NCBI GenBank assembly: GCA_030390025.1
Contig: CM059432.1
Location: 129,334,001-129,398,000, forward strand
DNA length: 64,000 bases
DNA from: Squalus acanthias
Taxonomy: Eukaryota
Reading direction: 5' to 3'
Position numbers and translations under genes: made by a program. Under the pieces are notes generated by a model. It was given only the letters and a program-made list of their open reading frames with translations, made no database searches and was not told the origin of the DNA. Of the stretch, positions 1-12,487 are shown one piece after another. Every line of letters begins with the position of its first letter. Position 1 is the stretch's first letter.

Positions 1-498
1 ATGACCCTTCGTCAGAGTGGGAAAAAGTTGGAGATGTAACAGGTTTTTAAGCAAGTGTAGGGGCAGGGAGAGGGGGGAAGGGGAGGAAAGAACAAAAGGG
101 AATGTCTGTGATAGGATAGAAGGCAGGAGAGATTAAGAGACAAAAGGGATGATGGTGCAAGGCAAAAGGAGATGGTAATGGGACAAGTTAAGAAACAAAA
201 GATGACTCTAGATGAAGTGTAAATGGCAATGGCAGAATCATCAACAGCTGGCATGTGAGAGAGAGAAAAAAAATGATAGGGGCAGAGGTTATGGTCTGAA
301 ATTGTTGAACTCGATGTTGTGTCCAGAAGGCTGTAAAGTGCCTAATCGAAAGATGAGGTGCTGTTCCTCGAGCTTCATTGGAACAGTGTAAGAGGCTGAG
401 GATGGAGAGGTCAGAGTGGGAGTGGAGCGGAGAATTAAAGTGACAGGCGACCGGAAGCTCAGGGTCACCCTTACGGACTGAACTGAGGTGTTTCGCAA
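1..498 (-). mobile_element. Penelope-like element (family 1): GIY-YIG C-terminus plus 3' UTR/pLTR, cut by the window edge
   Basis: Minus frames give FAKHLSSVRKGDPELPVACHFNSPLHSHSDL and LEEQHLIFRLGTLQPSGHNIEFNNF. Bases 1-17 reverse-complement to a partial hammerhead core CTGACGAAGGGTCAT. Homologous to 31003-31845. Confidence 0.85.
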
Positions 499-1413
499 AG
501 CCATGTGGGAAATCCACAATGCTTCCCATGTCCTGGACAACCACCTATGCAGGAAGTGTCATCGGCTGGAGGAGTTTGAACTCCGGGTTTTGGAGCTTGA
601 ACAGTAGCTGACGTCACTGTGGTGCATGCGCGAGGCTGAGAGCTACGTGGATAGCACGTTTCAGGAGGTGGTCACCCCACAGATAAGGAGTGTGCAGGCA
701 GAGAGGGAATGGGTGACCGCCAGACAGAAGAGGAGGACCAGGCAGGTAGTGTAGGAGTCCCCTGAGTGTATCTCACTCTTCAACCAGTATTCTGTTCTGT
801 GTACTGGTGAGGGCGATGGTTCCTCTGGGGAGTAGAGCCAGAGCCAAGTCCGCGGCACCACGGGTGGCTCAGCTGTACAGGGGGGGGGGGGGGAGAAGGA
901 AGATAGGGAAAGCAATAGTGGTAGGGGATTCGATAGTTAGGGGAGCAGACAGGCGTTTCTGCGGCCGCAGACGTGACTCCAGGATGGTATGTTGCCTCCC
1001 TGGTGCCAGGGTCAAAAACTGAGTGGCTGCAGAACACTCTGAGGGGGGAGGGTGAACAGCCAGAGGTCGTGGTCCATATTGGTACCAACGACATAGGTAG
1101 AAAGAGGGATGAGGTCCTGTAGGCAGATTTTAGGGAGCTAGGAAAGAGATTAATAAGCAGGACCTCAAAGGTAGTAATCTCCGGATTACTCCCAGTGCCA
1201 CGCTCAAGTGAGTATAGAAATAGAAGACTAGAGCAGATGAATGCATGGCTGGAGAGATGGTGCAGGAGGGAGGGCTTCAGATTCCTGGGGCATTGGGACT
1301 GCTTCTGGAGGAGGTGGGACCTGCACAGGCCAGACGGGTTGCACCACAACTGGACCGGAACCAATATCCTCGCGGGGAGGTTTGTTAGTGCTGTTGGGGA
1401 GGGTTTAAACTAA
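499..1413 (+). pseudogene. CR1 ORF1 remnant (Cys-containing N-terminus, coiled coil, SGNH/GDSL esterase)
   Basis: VVGDSIVRG, CCLPGARV, HIGTND and PDGLHHN motifs spread across frames, with stops and frameshifts. Confidence 0.85.
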
Positions 1414-1578
1414 TTTGGCAGGGGGATGGGCACCAGGATGTAACAATAGAAAGGGGAAATAAAGTGCTCAAAGGATTGGGAGAGGCAGAGAGCACTAAAG
1501 TAAGAAATAGTAAGGTATTAGGTGGGGTCCAACTAAGAGAGAATACAGGATGGTCTAAGGTGAGTTTTCAGTGTATGT

Positions 1579-4359
1579 ATGTATGTGAACGCACGAAGCA
1601 TAGTAAACAAGGTAAGTGATCTGCAGGCACAAATAGCCACATGGGAATATGATGTTGTGGCAATAACTGAGACCTGGCTCAAAAAAGGACAGGATTGGGC
1701 ATTAAATATTCCTGGTTATAAGGTGTTCAGGAAAGATATGGAAGGAAAGATAGGAGGTGGTGTGACAGTATTGGTTAAGGAGAATGTTACAGTACTGGAG
1801 AGGGTGGATGTCCTCGAGAGGTCAAGGACAGAATCTATATGGCTAGAGTTAAGAAATAATAGAGGTGCCATTACACTACTAGGTGTATTCTACAGGCCAC
1901 CAAATAGTGGGAAAGATATGGAGGAGCAAATTTGCAGAGAAATTACAGAGAGGTGCAAGAACTATAGAGTAGTAATAATGGGTGACTTCAACTATCCTAA
2001 TATAGACTGGGATTGTAATAAAGTTAAGGGCAGAGAAGGGGAATAATTTCTGAAGTGTGTTCAGGGGAACTTTCTTGATCAGTATGTTTCCGGCCTGACG
2101 AGGGAGGAGGCATTGCTGGATCTGGTTCTGGGGAATGAGGTGGGTCAAGTGGAGCAAGTGTCAGTAGGTGAACATTTAGGTAACAGTGATCATAGTATCA
2201 TAAGGTTTAGATTAGCTATGGAAAAGGACAGGGAGCAATCTAGAGTAAGAATGTTTAACTGGGGAAAGGCCAATTTCAGTGGGATGAGAAAGGATCTGGA
2301 CCGGGTAAACTGGAATCAAAGATTGGCAGGCAAATCTGTAATGGAACAATGGGCTGCCTTTAAAGAGGAAATAGTTCGGGTACAGTTGAGGTACATTCCC
2401 ATGAGAGGGAAAGGTAGGGCAACTAAAGTCAGAGCTCCCTGGATGACGAAACTGATAGCCAATATGATGAAGCAGAAAAAGAGCACGTATGACAGATGTC
2501 AGGTTGCAAATATATCTGAGAATCAGGCTATATACAGAAAGGTCAGAGGAGAAGTGAAAAAGAAAATAAGAGGGGCAAAGAGAGGGTATGAGAATAGAAT
2601 GGCAGCCAACATAAAAGGTAATCCAAAAGTCTTCTACAGGCATATATATAGCAAAAGGGTAGTAAGAGGAGGGGTGGGGCCGATTAGGGACCAAAAAGGA
2701 GACCTATGCATAGAGACAGAGGGTATGGCCGAGGTACTAAACGAGTACTTTGCATCTGTCTTCACCAAGGAAGAGGATGCTGCCATAGACATAGTGAAGG
2801 AGGAGGTAGTGGAGACACTTGATAGTATAAAAATTGATAAAGAGGAAGTACTAGAAAGGCTGGCTGTACTTAAAGTAGATAAGTTGCCAGGACCAGATGG
2901 GATGCATCCTAGGATGCTGAGGGAATTGAGGATGGAAATCGTGGAGATACTGGCCATAATCTTCCAATCCTCCGTAGATACGGGGGTGGTGCCTGAGGAC
3001 TGGAGAATTGCAAATGTGACACCATTGTTCAAAAAAGGGTGTAAAGATAAACCCAGCAATTACAGGCCAGTCAGATTAACCTCGGTAGTGGGGAAGCTTT
3101 TAGAAAGAGTAATCAGGGACAAAATTAACAGTCACTTGGATAGGTGTGGATTAATTAAGGAAAGCCAGCATGGATTTGTTAAAGGCAAATCGTGTTTAAC
3201 TAACTTGATTGAGTTTTTTGATGAGGTAACAGAGAGGGTTGATGAGGGTAATGCGTTTGATGTGGTGTACATGGATTTCCAAAAGGCATTTCATAAAGTG
3301 CCACATAATAGGCTTGCCAGCAAAGTTGAAGCCCATGGAATAAAAGGGACAGTGGCAGCATGGATATGAAATTGGCTAAGTGATAGGAAACAGAGAGTAG
3401 TGGTGAACGGTTGTTTTTCGGACTGGAGGAACATATACAGTGGTGTTCTCCAGGGGTTGGTTCTAGGACCGCTGCTTTTCTTGATATATATTAATGACTT
3501 GGATGTGGGTGTACAGGGCAGAATTAAAAAATTTACAGATGACACAAGACTTGGAGTAAGAAAGATAGTGATGGACTTCAAGAGAGACATAGACAGGTTG
3601 GTGGAATGGGCGGACACATGGCAGATGAAATTTAACACAGAAAAGTGTGAAGTGATACATTTTGGTAGAAAGAATGAGGAGAGGACATATAAACTAAATG
3701 GTACAATCCTAAAGGGGGTGCATGAAGAGAGAGACCTGGGGGTATATGTGCACAAATCGTTGAAGGTGGCAAGGCAGGTTGAAAAAGCAGTTAAAAAGGC
3801 TTACGGGATCCTGGGCTTCATAAATAGAGGTATGGAGTACAAAAGTGTGGAAATTATGATGAACCTGTATAAAACACTGGTTCGGCCCCAACTGGAGTAC
3901 TGTGTCCAATTCTAGGCACCACACTTTAGGAAGGATGTGAAGGCCTTAGAGAGGGTGCAGAAAAATTTACGAGAATGATTCCAGGAATGATGGACTTCAG
4001 TTACGTTGATAGACTGGAGAAGCTGTGGTCGTTCTCCTTGGAGCAGAGAAAATTGAGAGGAGATTTGACAGAGGTGTTCAAAATCATGAGGGGTCTGGAC
4101 AGAGTAGATAAGAGAGAAACTGTTCCCATTGGCAAAAGGGTCAAGAACCAGAGGACACAGATTTAAGGTGGTTGGCAAAAGAACCAAAGGCGACGTAAGA
4201 AAAAACCTTTTTACGCAGCGAGTGGTTAAGATCTGGAATGCACTTCCTGAAAGGGTGGTGGAGGCAGACACATTCTTATCTTTCAAAAGGGAGTTGGATA
4301 AGTATCTGAAGGGAAAGAAATTGCAGGGCTACGGGGAAAGGGCGGCAGAGTGGGACTAG
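1579..4359 (+). pseudogene. CR1 ORF2 (AP endonuclease + reverse transcriptase), disrupted
   Basis: YVNARSI, ITETWL, YRPP, GDFNYP, SDH, NYRPV, QHGF, DFQKAF, FTDD. In-frame stops at ~2044, ~3367 and ~3913. Confidence 0.92.
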
Positions 4360-4430
4360 CTGAGAGTCGGCAGGGGCTCGACGGGCCGAATGGCCTTCTT
4401 CCGTGCTGTAACCATTCTATGATTCTATGA

Positions 4431-4990
4431 GTATCTCACCCCCTGACTCCCCAAAGCCTTTCCACCATCTGCAAGGCACAAGTCAGGAGTGTGATGGAAT
4501 ACTCTCCACTTGCCTGGGTGAGTGCAGCTCCAACAACACTCAAGAAGCTCGAAACCATCCAGGACAAAGCAGCCCACTTGATTGGCACCCCGTCCACCAC
4601 CTTAAACATTCACTCCCTCCACCACCGGCGTACCGTGGCTGCAGTGTGTACCATCTACAAGATGCACTGCAGCAACTCGCCAAGGCTTCTTCAACAGCAC
4701 CTCCCCAACCCGCGACCTCTTCCACCTAGAAGGACAAGGGCAGCAGGCGCATGGGAACACCACCACCTGCAAGTTCCCCTCCAAGTCACACACCATCCTG
4801 ACTTGGAAATATATCGGCGTTGCTTCATCGTTGGATCCTGGAACTCCCTCCCTAACAGCACTATGGCACTCATGGACTGCAGTGCTTCAAGAAAGAGGCT
4901 CACCACCACCTTCCAAAGGGCAATTAGGGATGGGCATTAAATGCTGGCCTTGCCAGCGATGCCCACATCCCAGGAACGAATAAAAAAAAA
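4431..4990 (+). mobile_element. 3' fragment of second LINE family (CR1/Jockey group, 'family B')
   Basis: IYKAQVRSVMEYSPLAW...SLHHRRTVAAVCTIYKMH, ending GAATAAAAAAAAA. Same sequence as 53420-54235. Confidence 0.85.
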
Positions 4991-5445
4991 TGACCCCCTG
5001 GCCTCTTTACTCCACTACTGACTTTTAAACCCCTCTCCCATGCTGCCTTCACTCTCACCTCCACCAACAAGTGTGAGGAGCTCATGGACCTTCTTTGCCA
5101 TTACGATTGAGAACACCTGTTCAGCTGCTTCCCCCCCTTTCCTTTAATCACCAAAGCCCGAGCTCCCCCAGGCTACCAACTGCCCTAACCCAGATCCCAT
5201 GTTATTTGCCATTTGCGTATCACGTTCTACAATTCTCTTCTAAACCTCTCCGCCTCTCCACCTCCCTCTCCTCCTTTAAGACCCTCCTTAAAACCTGGCT
5301 CTTTGACCAAGCTTTCGGTCACCCTCCCCCAATTTCTCCTTCTGTGGCTCAGTGCCCATCTTTGTCCAATTACACCTCAGTAAAGCACCGTGGGATATTT
5401 TTCTATGTTGAAGAGGCTATATAAATACAAGTTATTGTTATTGTC
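4991..5445 (+). mobile_element. L2-like LINE fragments including the 3' end
   Basis: CCTCCTTAAAACC...TTTGACCAAGCTTT...GCTATATAAATACAAGTTATTGTT tail, shared with 19265-19900. Confidence 0.6.
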
Positions 5446-6180
5446 GTTATATTCTTTTGTTTCAATGTAATTATAATCCTTGCAAATGATTTCAATTATT
5501 AGTTTCAGCATGAACTGTACGGTATAAATGTTTGATGTTTTATGCCTTTTAGACTGGATTACTTGGTAGGCAGTCAAACAAATCGCCAGTAAAAATATTA
5601 TGGTGAAAGGGTAATTCTCCATCCTGTGACCCATTACTCTCAGTCACAGCACACGTAAAGATAACATTTTTGGATCATAATGTGAGCATGAATAAAGAGA
5701 GTTCGGATGAACGCAAATTGTAACATCCACCCTCATAAAACCGTTACCATATCCTGGACCAAGCATGGCTTTTACTCTCGCCCTCTAACGTACCGAGGGT
5801 GACATTCAACTTTGGCAGGGGTGCAAAACAGGCAACAGCAGATCCCCAGCCCGTTATACACCCCACCAGATTTCTCTTTCTGCCTGTTTTGCTCCTGTTT
5901 TGAATTTCACCCCACTGACTCAAGTTGCGGGACTACATCAACTCCACAGATTCATCTTCCACTTCTGAAAGATCTCGTCCCACATTTTACTTTTACTGCC
6001 TTTCCTTGATGTACTTCTTAATTCATTCTATTTTGTTTGCATGTTTTATTCCTCTGGTGTTTAACAGTTCCCAGTTGATGTCTTACAGATTTCTAACAAA
6101 ATTGGCTTGGAGCGCTCATCACCCAAAGTTAAATCAACACTTTTGATAGCTTTCAGATTACTGTTCTGCCTATGCCTATC

Positions 6181-6308
6181 AACAGCAACAGCAACGTGTA
6201 TTTATATAGCACCTTTAATGTAGTAAAACATCCCAAGGCGATTCACAGGAGTATTATAAAACAACATTTGACACATAAGGAGATATTAAGGCAGATCACC
6301 AAAAGCTT
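6181..6308 (-). mobile_element. L2-like 3' end
   Basis: Reverse complement of the same L2 tail (...GGTGCTATATAAATACACGTTGCTGTTGCTGTT). Confidence 0.55.
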
Positions 6309-6315
6309 GTTTTTT

Positions 6316-9280
6316 TAAAAATTCGTTTATGGGATCAGGGCGTCGCTGGCAATGCCCGCATTTACTGCCCATCCCTAATTGCCCTTGGGAAGATGGTGGT
6401 GAGCCGCCTTCTTGAACTGCTGCAGTCCGTGTGGTGAAGGTACTCCAATAGTGCTGTTAGGGAGGGAGTTCCAGGATTTTGACCCAGCGACGATGAAGGA
6501 TCGGCAATATACTTCCAAGTCAGGGTGGTGTGTGACTTGGAGGAGATCTTGGAGGTGGTGGTGTTCCCATGCGCCTGCTGCCCTTGTCCTTCTAGGTGGA
6601 AGAGATCGCGGGTTTGGGAGGTGCTGCCGAAGAAGCCTTGGCGAGTTGCTGCAGTGCATCTTGTAGATGGTACACACTGCAGCCACGGTATGCCGGTGGT
6701 GGAGGGAGTGAATGTTTAAATATAGAAACATAGAAGATAGGAGCAGGAGTAGGCCATTCGGCCCCTCGAGCCTGCTCCGCCATTTAACGAGATCATGGCT
6801 GATCATCCAAATTCAGTACCCTGTCCCTGCTTTCTCCCCATATCCCTTGATCCCTTTAGCCTTAAGAAATATATCTAACTCCTTCTTGAATATATTTAAT
6901 GAATTAGCCCCAACTGCCTTCTGTGGTAGAGAATTCCACAGGTTCACCACTCTCTGGGTGAAGAAATTCCTCCTCATCTCAGTCCTAAATGGCTTACCCC
7001 TTATCCTTAGACTGTGAACCCTGGTTCTGGACTCCCCCGCCATCGGGAACATCCTTCCTGCATCTAGTCTGTCTAGTCCTGTTAGAATTTTATAGGTTTC
7101 AATGAGATCCCCTATCATTCTTCTAAACTCTAGCGAATACAAGCCCATTCGTCCCAATCTCTCTTCATACGTCATTCCTGCCATCCCAGGTATCAGTCTG
7201 GTGAATCTTCGCTGCACTCCCTCCATGGCAAGAACCTCCTTCCTCAGATAAGGCGACCAAAACTGCACACAATACTCAAGGTGTGGTCTCACCAAGGCCC
7301 TGTACAACTGCAGCAAGACATCCTTGCTCCTGTACTCGAATCCTCTCGCTATGAAGGCCAACATACCATTTGCCTTCTTAACCGTCTGCTGCACCTGCAT
7401 GCTTACCTTCAACGACTGGTGCACAAGGGCTCCCAGGTCTCATTGCACTTCCCCTTTTCCCAATCTATTGCTGTTCAGATAATAATCTGCCTTCCTGTTT
7501 TTGCCACCAAAGTGGATAACCTCGCATTTATCCACATTATACTGCATCTGCCATGCATCTGCCCAATCACCCAACTTGTCCAAATCATACTGGAGTTTCT
7601 CTGCGTCCTCCTCACAGCACACACGCCCACCCAGCTTTGTGTCATCTGCAAACTTGGAGATATTACATCTAGTTCCCTCGTCTAGATCGTTAATATATAT
7701 TGTGAATAACTGGGGTCCTAGCACCGATCCCTGCGGTACCCCAGTAGTCACTGCCTGCCACTCGGAAAAAGACCCGTTTATTCCAACTCTTTGCTTCCTG
7801 TCTGCCAACCAGTTCTCTATCCAAGTCAGTACCTTACCCCCAATCCCATGTGCTTTAACTTTGCACGCTAATCTCTTATGCGGAACCTTATCGAAAGCCT
7901 TCTGAAAGTCCAAATACACCACATCCACTGGTTCTCCCTTATCTATTCTACCAGTTACATCCTCAAAAAATTCCAGTAGATTAGTCAAGCATGATTTACC
8001 TTTTGTAAATCCATGTTGACTTTGTCCGATCCTGTCACTGTTTTCCAAGTGCTCTGCTATTACATCTTTTATAATGGACTCTAGCATTTTGCCCACTACC
8101 GATGTCAGGCTTACCAGTTTATAATTCCCCGTTTTCTCTCTGCCACCTTTTTTAAATAGTGGGGTTACATTAGCTATCCTCCAATCCATGGGAACTGTTC
8201 CAGAGTCCATAGAATTTTGGAAGATGACCAGCAATGCATCTACTATTTCTAGGGCCACTTCCTTAAGTACCCTAGGATGTAGATTATCAGGCCCTGGGGA
8301 TTTATCGGCCTTCAATCCCATCAATTTCCCTAACACCATTTCCCTACAAATACTGATTTCATTGAATTCCTCCCTCTCATTAGACCCTATGCTCCCCGAC
8401 ATCTCTGGGAGGTTATTTGTGTCCTCCTTTGTGAAGACAGAACTAAAGTATGTATTTAATTGGTCTGCCATTTCTTTGTTCCCCATTATAAATTCCCCTG
8501 ATTCTGACTGCAAGGGACCTACGCTTGACTTCACCAATCTTTTTCTCTTCACATATCTATAGAAGCTTTTACAGTCAGTTTTTATGTTCCCTGCAAGCTT
8601 ACTCTCATGCTCTATTTTCCCCCTCTTAATTAATCCCTTTGTCCTCCTTTGCTGAATCCTAAACTGCTCCCAATCCTCAGGTTTGCTGCTTTTTCTGGCC
8701 AATTTATATGTCCTCTCCTTGGATCTTATGCTATCCCTAATTTCCCTTGTTAGCCACGGTTGAGTCATCTTTTTTGTTTTATTTTTATGCCAAACAGGGA
8801 TGAACAAATTCTATAGTTTATCCATGCAATCTTTAAATGTTTGCCATTGCCTATCCACCGTCAACCCTTTAAGTAAGGTGGTGGATGGGGTGCCAATCAA
8901 GCGGGCTGCTTTGTCCTGGATGGTGTCGAGCTTCTTGTGTTGTTGGAGCTGCACTCATCCAGGCAAGTGGAGAGTATTCCATCACACTCCTTACTTGTGC
9001 CTTGTAGATGGTGGAAAGGCTTTGGGGAGTCAGGAGGTGAGACACTCGCCAAAGAATACCTAGCCTCTGACCTGCTCTTGTTGCCACAGTATTTATGTGG
9101 CTGGTCCAGTTAAGTTTCTGGTTAATGGTGACCCCCAGGATGTTGATAGTGGGGGATTCAGCGATGGTAATGCCATTGAATGTCAAGGGGAGGTGGTTAG
9201 ACTCTCACTTGTTGGAGATGGTCATTATCTGGCACTTCTGTGGCGCGAATGTTACCTGCCACTTATCAGCCCAAGCCTGA
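6316..9280 (-). mobile_element. Family B LINE 3' portion, split by a CR1 insertion
   Basis: GAATGTTTAA at ~6710-6719 resumes as TAAGGTGG at ~8874. Both parts are collinear with 53420-54235. Confidence 0.88.
6721..8873 (-). mobile_element. CR1 LINE, 5'-truncated (RT and C-terminal ORF2)
   Basis: ORFs 7440-8807 and 6813-7424 (GVPQGSVLGP, FADD, RPHLEYCVQFWSP), plus 3' hairpin and TTTCTATR tail. Confidence 0.95.
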
Positions 9281-9676
9281 GGTAGGTTTTAAGAATCGTC
9301 GAAAAGTAGGAGAGAGAGGTAGAGAGGCGGAGAGATTTAGAGAGGGAATGCCACTAGCTCCGCTTCTAGCCTAATTATTTTTCCAATGCATTACAGAAAT
9401 TCTGGCTCAGCACCTGTTTAATCTAAAATAGTAAATCCCCATTAACCAGCGTAAACTTGCTCTAAAACCAGTTCCGATTTTCAGTATTCCTATTCCACTA
9501 CACTATTTGTCCAACCTGAAGGTAATGTGATTGGAGGACTTTACATTATCTCACATCAGCACTGGAAATATTGCAGATGGCACCAGCATTACAATTCAAT
9601 CCTGCACCTTAGAATCATCCCCTTATATTAATATAAACTCTCAGATATCTCATTATTTTATAATCCCAGCACAGAT

Positions 9677-10360
9677 AACTACATAGGATTACATAGGATA
9701 TATGGCACAGAAACAGGCCATTCGCCCCAACCAGTCTATGCCGGCTGACATGAATCTTGTCATTCATGGAAAATGACTTATGAAATAATACTGGGCGGCC
9801 TGCTGGTGGCGCTGTCCAGGGAGAGTATAAATACTCGGGCATGGGCCCAGCTTGCACAGGACATTCTTAACAGGAACTAGTGAAGGACACAACTAGACCT
9901 CCATGTTGTAAAACAGTTGATTAAAGCTTTGTTTAACGCTTAGACCAAGTGCCTAGTAGTTTTCTTACGTCACCGACATTTATGCTCTACTCGAGCCTCC
10001 TCCTGTCTTTCCTCATCTAACTCTATCAGCATAACCCTCTATTCCCTTCTCCCTCATATGTTTATCTCACCTCCCCTTAAAAGCATCTATACTATTCGCT
10101 TTAACCACTCCCTGTGGTAGCGAGTTCCATATTCTCACCACTCACTCGGTAAAGAAGTTTCTTCTGAATTCCCTATTTGATTTCTTGGTGACTATCTTAT
10201 ATTGATGGCCTCTAGTTTTGCTCTTCCCCACAAGTGGAAAGACTCTCTCTGTGTCTACTCTATCAAAACCTTTCATAATTTTAAAGACCTCTATTAGGTC
10301 ACCCCCTCAGCCTTCTCTTTTCAAGAGAAAAGACACGCAGCCTGTTCATCCTTTCCTGAT
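9677..10360 (-). mobile_element. CR1 3' end (subfamily with ...CCTATGTAAT tail)
   Basis: Closely similar to 34955-35492 and 37828-38125. Interrupted at 9746-9972. Confidence 0.8.
9746..9972 (+). mobile_element. Short solo LTR (227 bp)
   Basis: TGAC...GTCA termini, 5-bp TSD CCGGC/CCGAC, internal TATAAATA then ATTAAA. Removing it restores the CR1 sequence ATGCCGGCATTTATG seen at ~35006. Confidence 0.75.
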
Positions 10361-10384
10361 AACTACCACTCATTTCCATTGGCC

Positions 10385-10941
10385 TATAACATATGGGCCA
10401 AGCCAGAGTGCTGCATACAGTTTTGGTCACCACATTACAAGAAAGATGTGATTGCACTAGAGAGGGTACAGAGGAGATTTACGAGGACGTTGCCAGGACT
10501 GGAGAATATTTAGCTATGAGGAAAGATTGGATAGGCTGGGGTTCTTTTCTTTGGAATAGAGGAGGCTGAGCGGAGATTTAATTGAGGTGTATAAAATTAT
10601 GAGGGGCCCAGATAGAGTGGATATAAAGGACCTATTTACCTTAGCAGAGAGGTCAATAACCTTGGGCATAGATTTAAAGTAATTGGTTGAAGGATTAGAG
10701 GGGAGTTGAGGTGAAAATTTTTCACCCAGAGGGTGATGGAGGTCTGGAACTCACTGCCTGAAAGGCTGGTAGAGGCAGAAACCCTCATCACATTTAAAAA
10801 GTACTTGAAGTGCTGTAACCCACAAGGCTACGGACCAAGAGGTGGAAAGTGGGATTAGGCTGAATGGCTCTTTTACGGCCGGCACAGACACGATGGGCTG
10901 AATGGCCTCTTTCTGTGCCGTAAGCTTCTATGATTCTATGA
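10385..10941 (+). mobile_element. CR1 3' fragment
   Basis: QFWSPHY...FTQRV-type sequence and TTCTATGATTCTATGA tail. Confidence 0.85.
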
Positions 10942-11326
10942 ATATCTGTGGAGCTCCACACACTCCACCAGCGTATCTTCACGGCAGCGCGGCAGGAACC
11001 CCGCTTACACGCACTTCCGGCTAAGTTATGGTGGCGGAACAAGAGCAGCTCCGAGGGAGCTTCCGGCCACAGCTTATCCCCTCGTAGGTGTTGATTTTAA
11101 CCATTCCCGCAACGATTCCCCTTTTCCATTGAAGCCCTGCACTGTCGGTCACTCAGCCTCATCTATTGGGAGCAGGCTGTGTCACTTCTCAGCTGGGCCA
11201 TTAGGGGCAGCGCCATAAAATGAATATCGCAATACTGCGGATGCTGGAAATCTGAACTAAAAGCAGGAAAATGCCAGCAACGCTCAGCAGGTCAGGCAGC
11301 ATCTGTGGAGAGAGAAACAGAGTTAA

Positions 11327-12108
11327 TGAGGGTCATTTTACCGAGCGGGAGAGGGGCGGTTGGGGTTAAAAATCCAAAAATGGAAAATCCTGCCCCAACC
11401 CGTCTCCAACGGTTTTAATGGAGGTGGGTTGTGAGGCGGGCAACTAACCTGCTCTCAGGGGGCGGGGCCATAGTTTAAATATTTGAATGAGGCTGCTGGC
11501 CTCAAATTTTAACTGTGTTTTAAATTTAACTGCTGCAGGCCGGGTCTTCCAGGGCTCGGGAAACCCGGCAGCTGAAGGGAGGCGAGAACGGCCGGCTCCA
11601 ACAGGTAAGTGCCTTTTGCCTTTCCAACACTGCTTGTGGGATAGGAGCAGCAGGAATGCTCACCCACCCCAGCTCTCCAAGCACACCTATTTCCCTCTCC
11701 CCGTGACCAGACCCCCACTCCCCCACCCTGCAATCGGAGCCCCCTCCCCACGATTAGTCCTCACTCCCCGCGATCAGAACCCCCCTCCCCGCGATCAGAA
11801 CCCCCCTCCCCGTGATCAGACCACCCCGCCTCCCCGCAATCGGACCCCTCCCCCATGTTCAGACCCCCAGGATCTATCCACGCTCCCCTCAATCCTTTTG
11901 ACTCTGTCCATGCTTCCCCCCCGCACCCTGATCTCTCCAGCCCCCTCCCGATCTCGCCATGACCACATTCCCCCACCCCACCCCCCTAGCCCCCGCCCTG
12001 AACCACAACACACGTTAAATTTGGCATGACCTTCGGGAAGCCCGGACTCTTGAGTTTCCCAGTCACTATGCCTCCCCTCCCTGTTCCCTCCCCATAAATA
12101 TCGGGGCC
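11327..12108. mobile_element. Non-autonomous DNA transposon (MITE, probably PIF/Harbinger)
   Basis: Ends TAAATATCGGGGCC exactly like 35573-36274. C-rich interior with short CCCCGCGATCAGA tandem repeats. Inserted at a TAA site. Confidence 0.65.
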
Positions 12109-12141
12109 AACATTTCAGGTCGATGACCTTTCATCAGAACT
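12109..12141 (-). ncRNA. Minimal hammerhead ribozyme core (disrupted)
   Basis: AGUU-CUGAUGA-A-AGGUC-auc-GACCU-GAAA-UG-UU. The 3' strand of stem I (AACU) lies beyond the MITE at 11321-11324. Confidence 0.7.
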
Positions 12142-12487
12142 GCTACACCGCTGCAGGGTACAGTGCTGTGATGTGTTGGGACGCACTTGAATGGAACACA
12201 TGGACATGTTCATTCATACTGCTCCATCTAGCCTCCTATTAGCCAGTGTTAATGCCAATTAGGAAGTGAATGGGTGTTCTATCATGCATGTTAACTCAAT
12301 TAATCAACTAATGGAAACGCCTGCAAAATTTATGCCCTCTCCAAAGATCTCTGCAATCCCTGCAATATCTGTCTATACATAGATAGAATTTTTTTCTATG
12401 TTTCTAGACCTTTAAACCTGTTCACAGGTAACATTTATCTAGGTTCAGGAACATAGGAACCATTCATTGTATTCCACGAAGTATTTG

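Larger units (their letters stand above)
499..4430 (+). mobile_element. CR1 LINE, near full length, degenerate
   Basis: ORF1 esterase motifs, ORF2 APE and RT motifs, 3' tail ATTCTATGATTCTATGA ending at ~4430. Confidence 0.95.
11230..12143 (-). mobile_element. Penelope family 1 pLTR end with hammerhead, split by a MITE
   Basis: ...GAGAAACAGAGTTAA (ends 11326) joins CATTTCAGGTCGATGACCTTTCATCAGAACT (12111-12141), which matches the Penelope end at 31822-31845. Confidence 0.75.

Noticed and set aside
2212..8562. Numerous antisense ORFs over CR1 ORF2
   Set aside because: They are shadow frames of LINE coding sequence.
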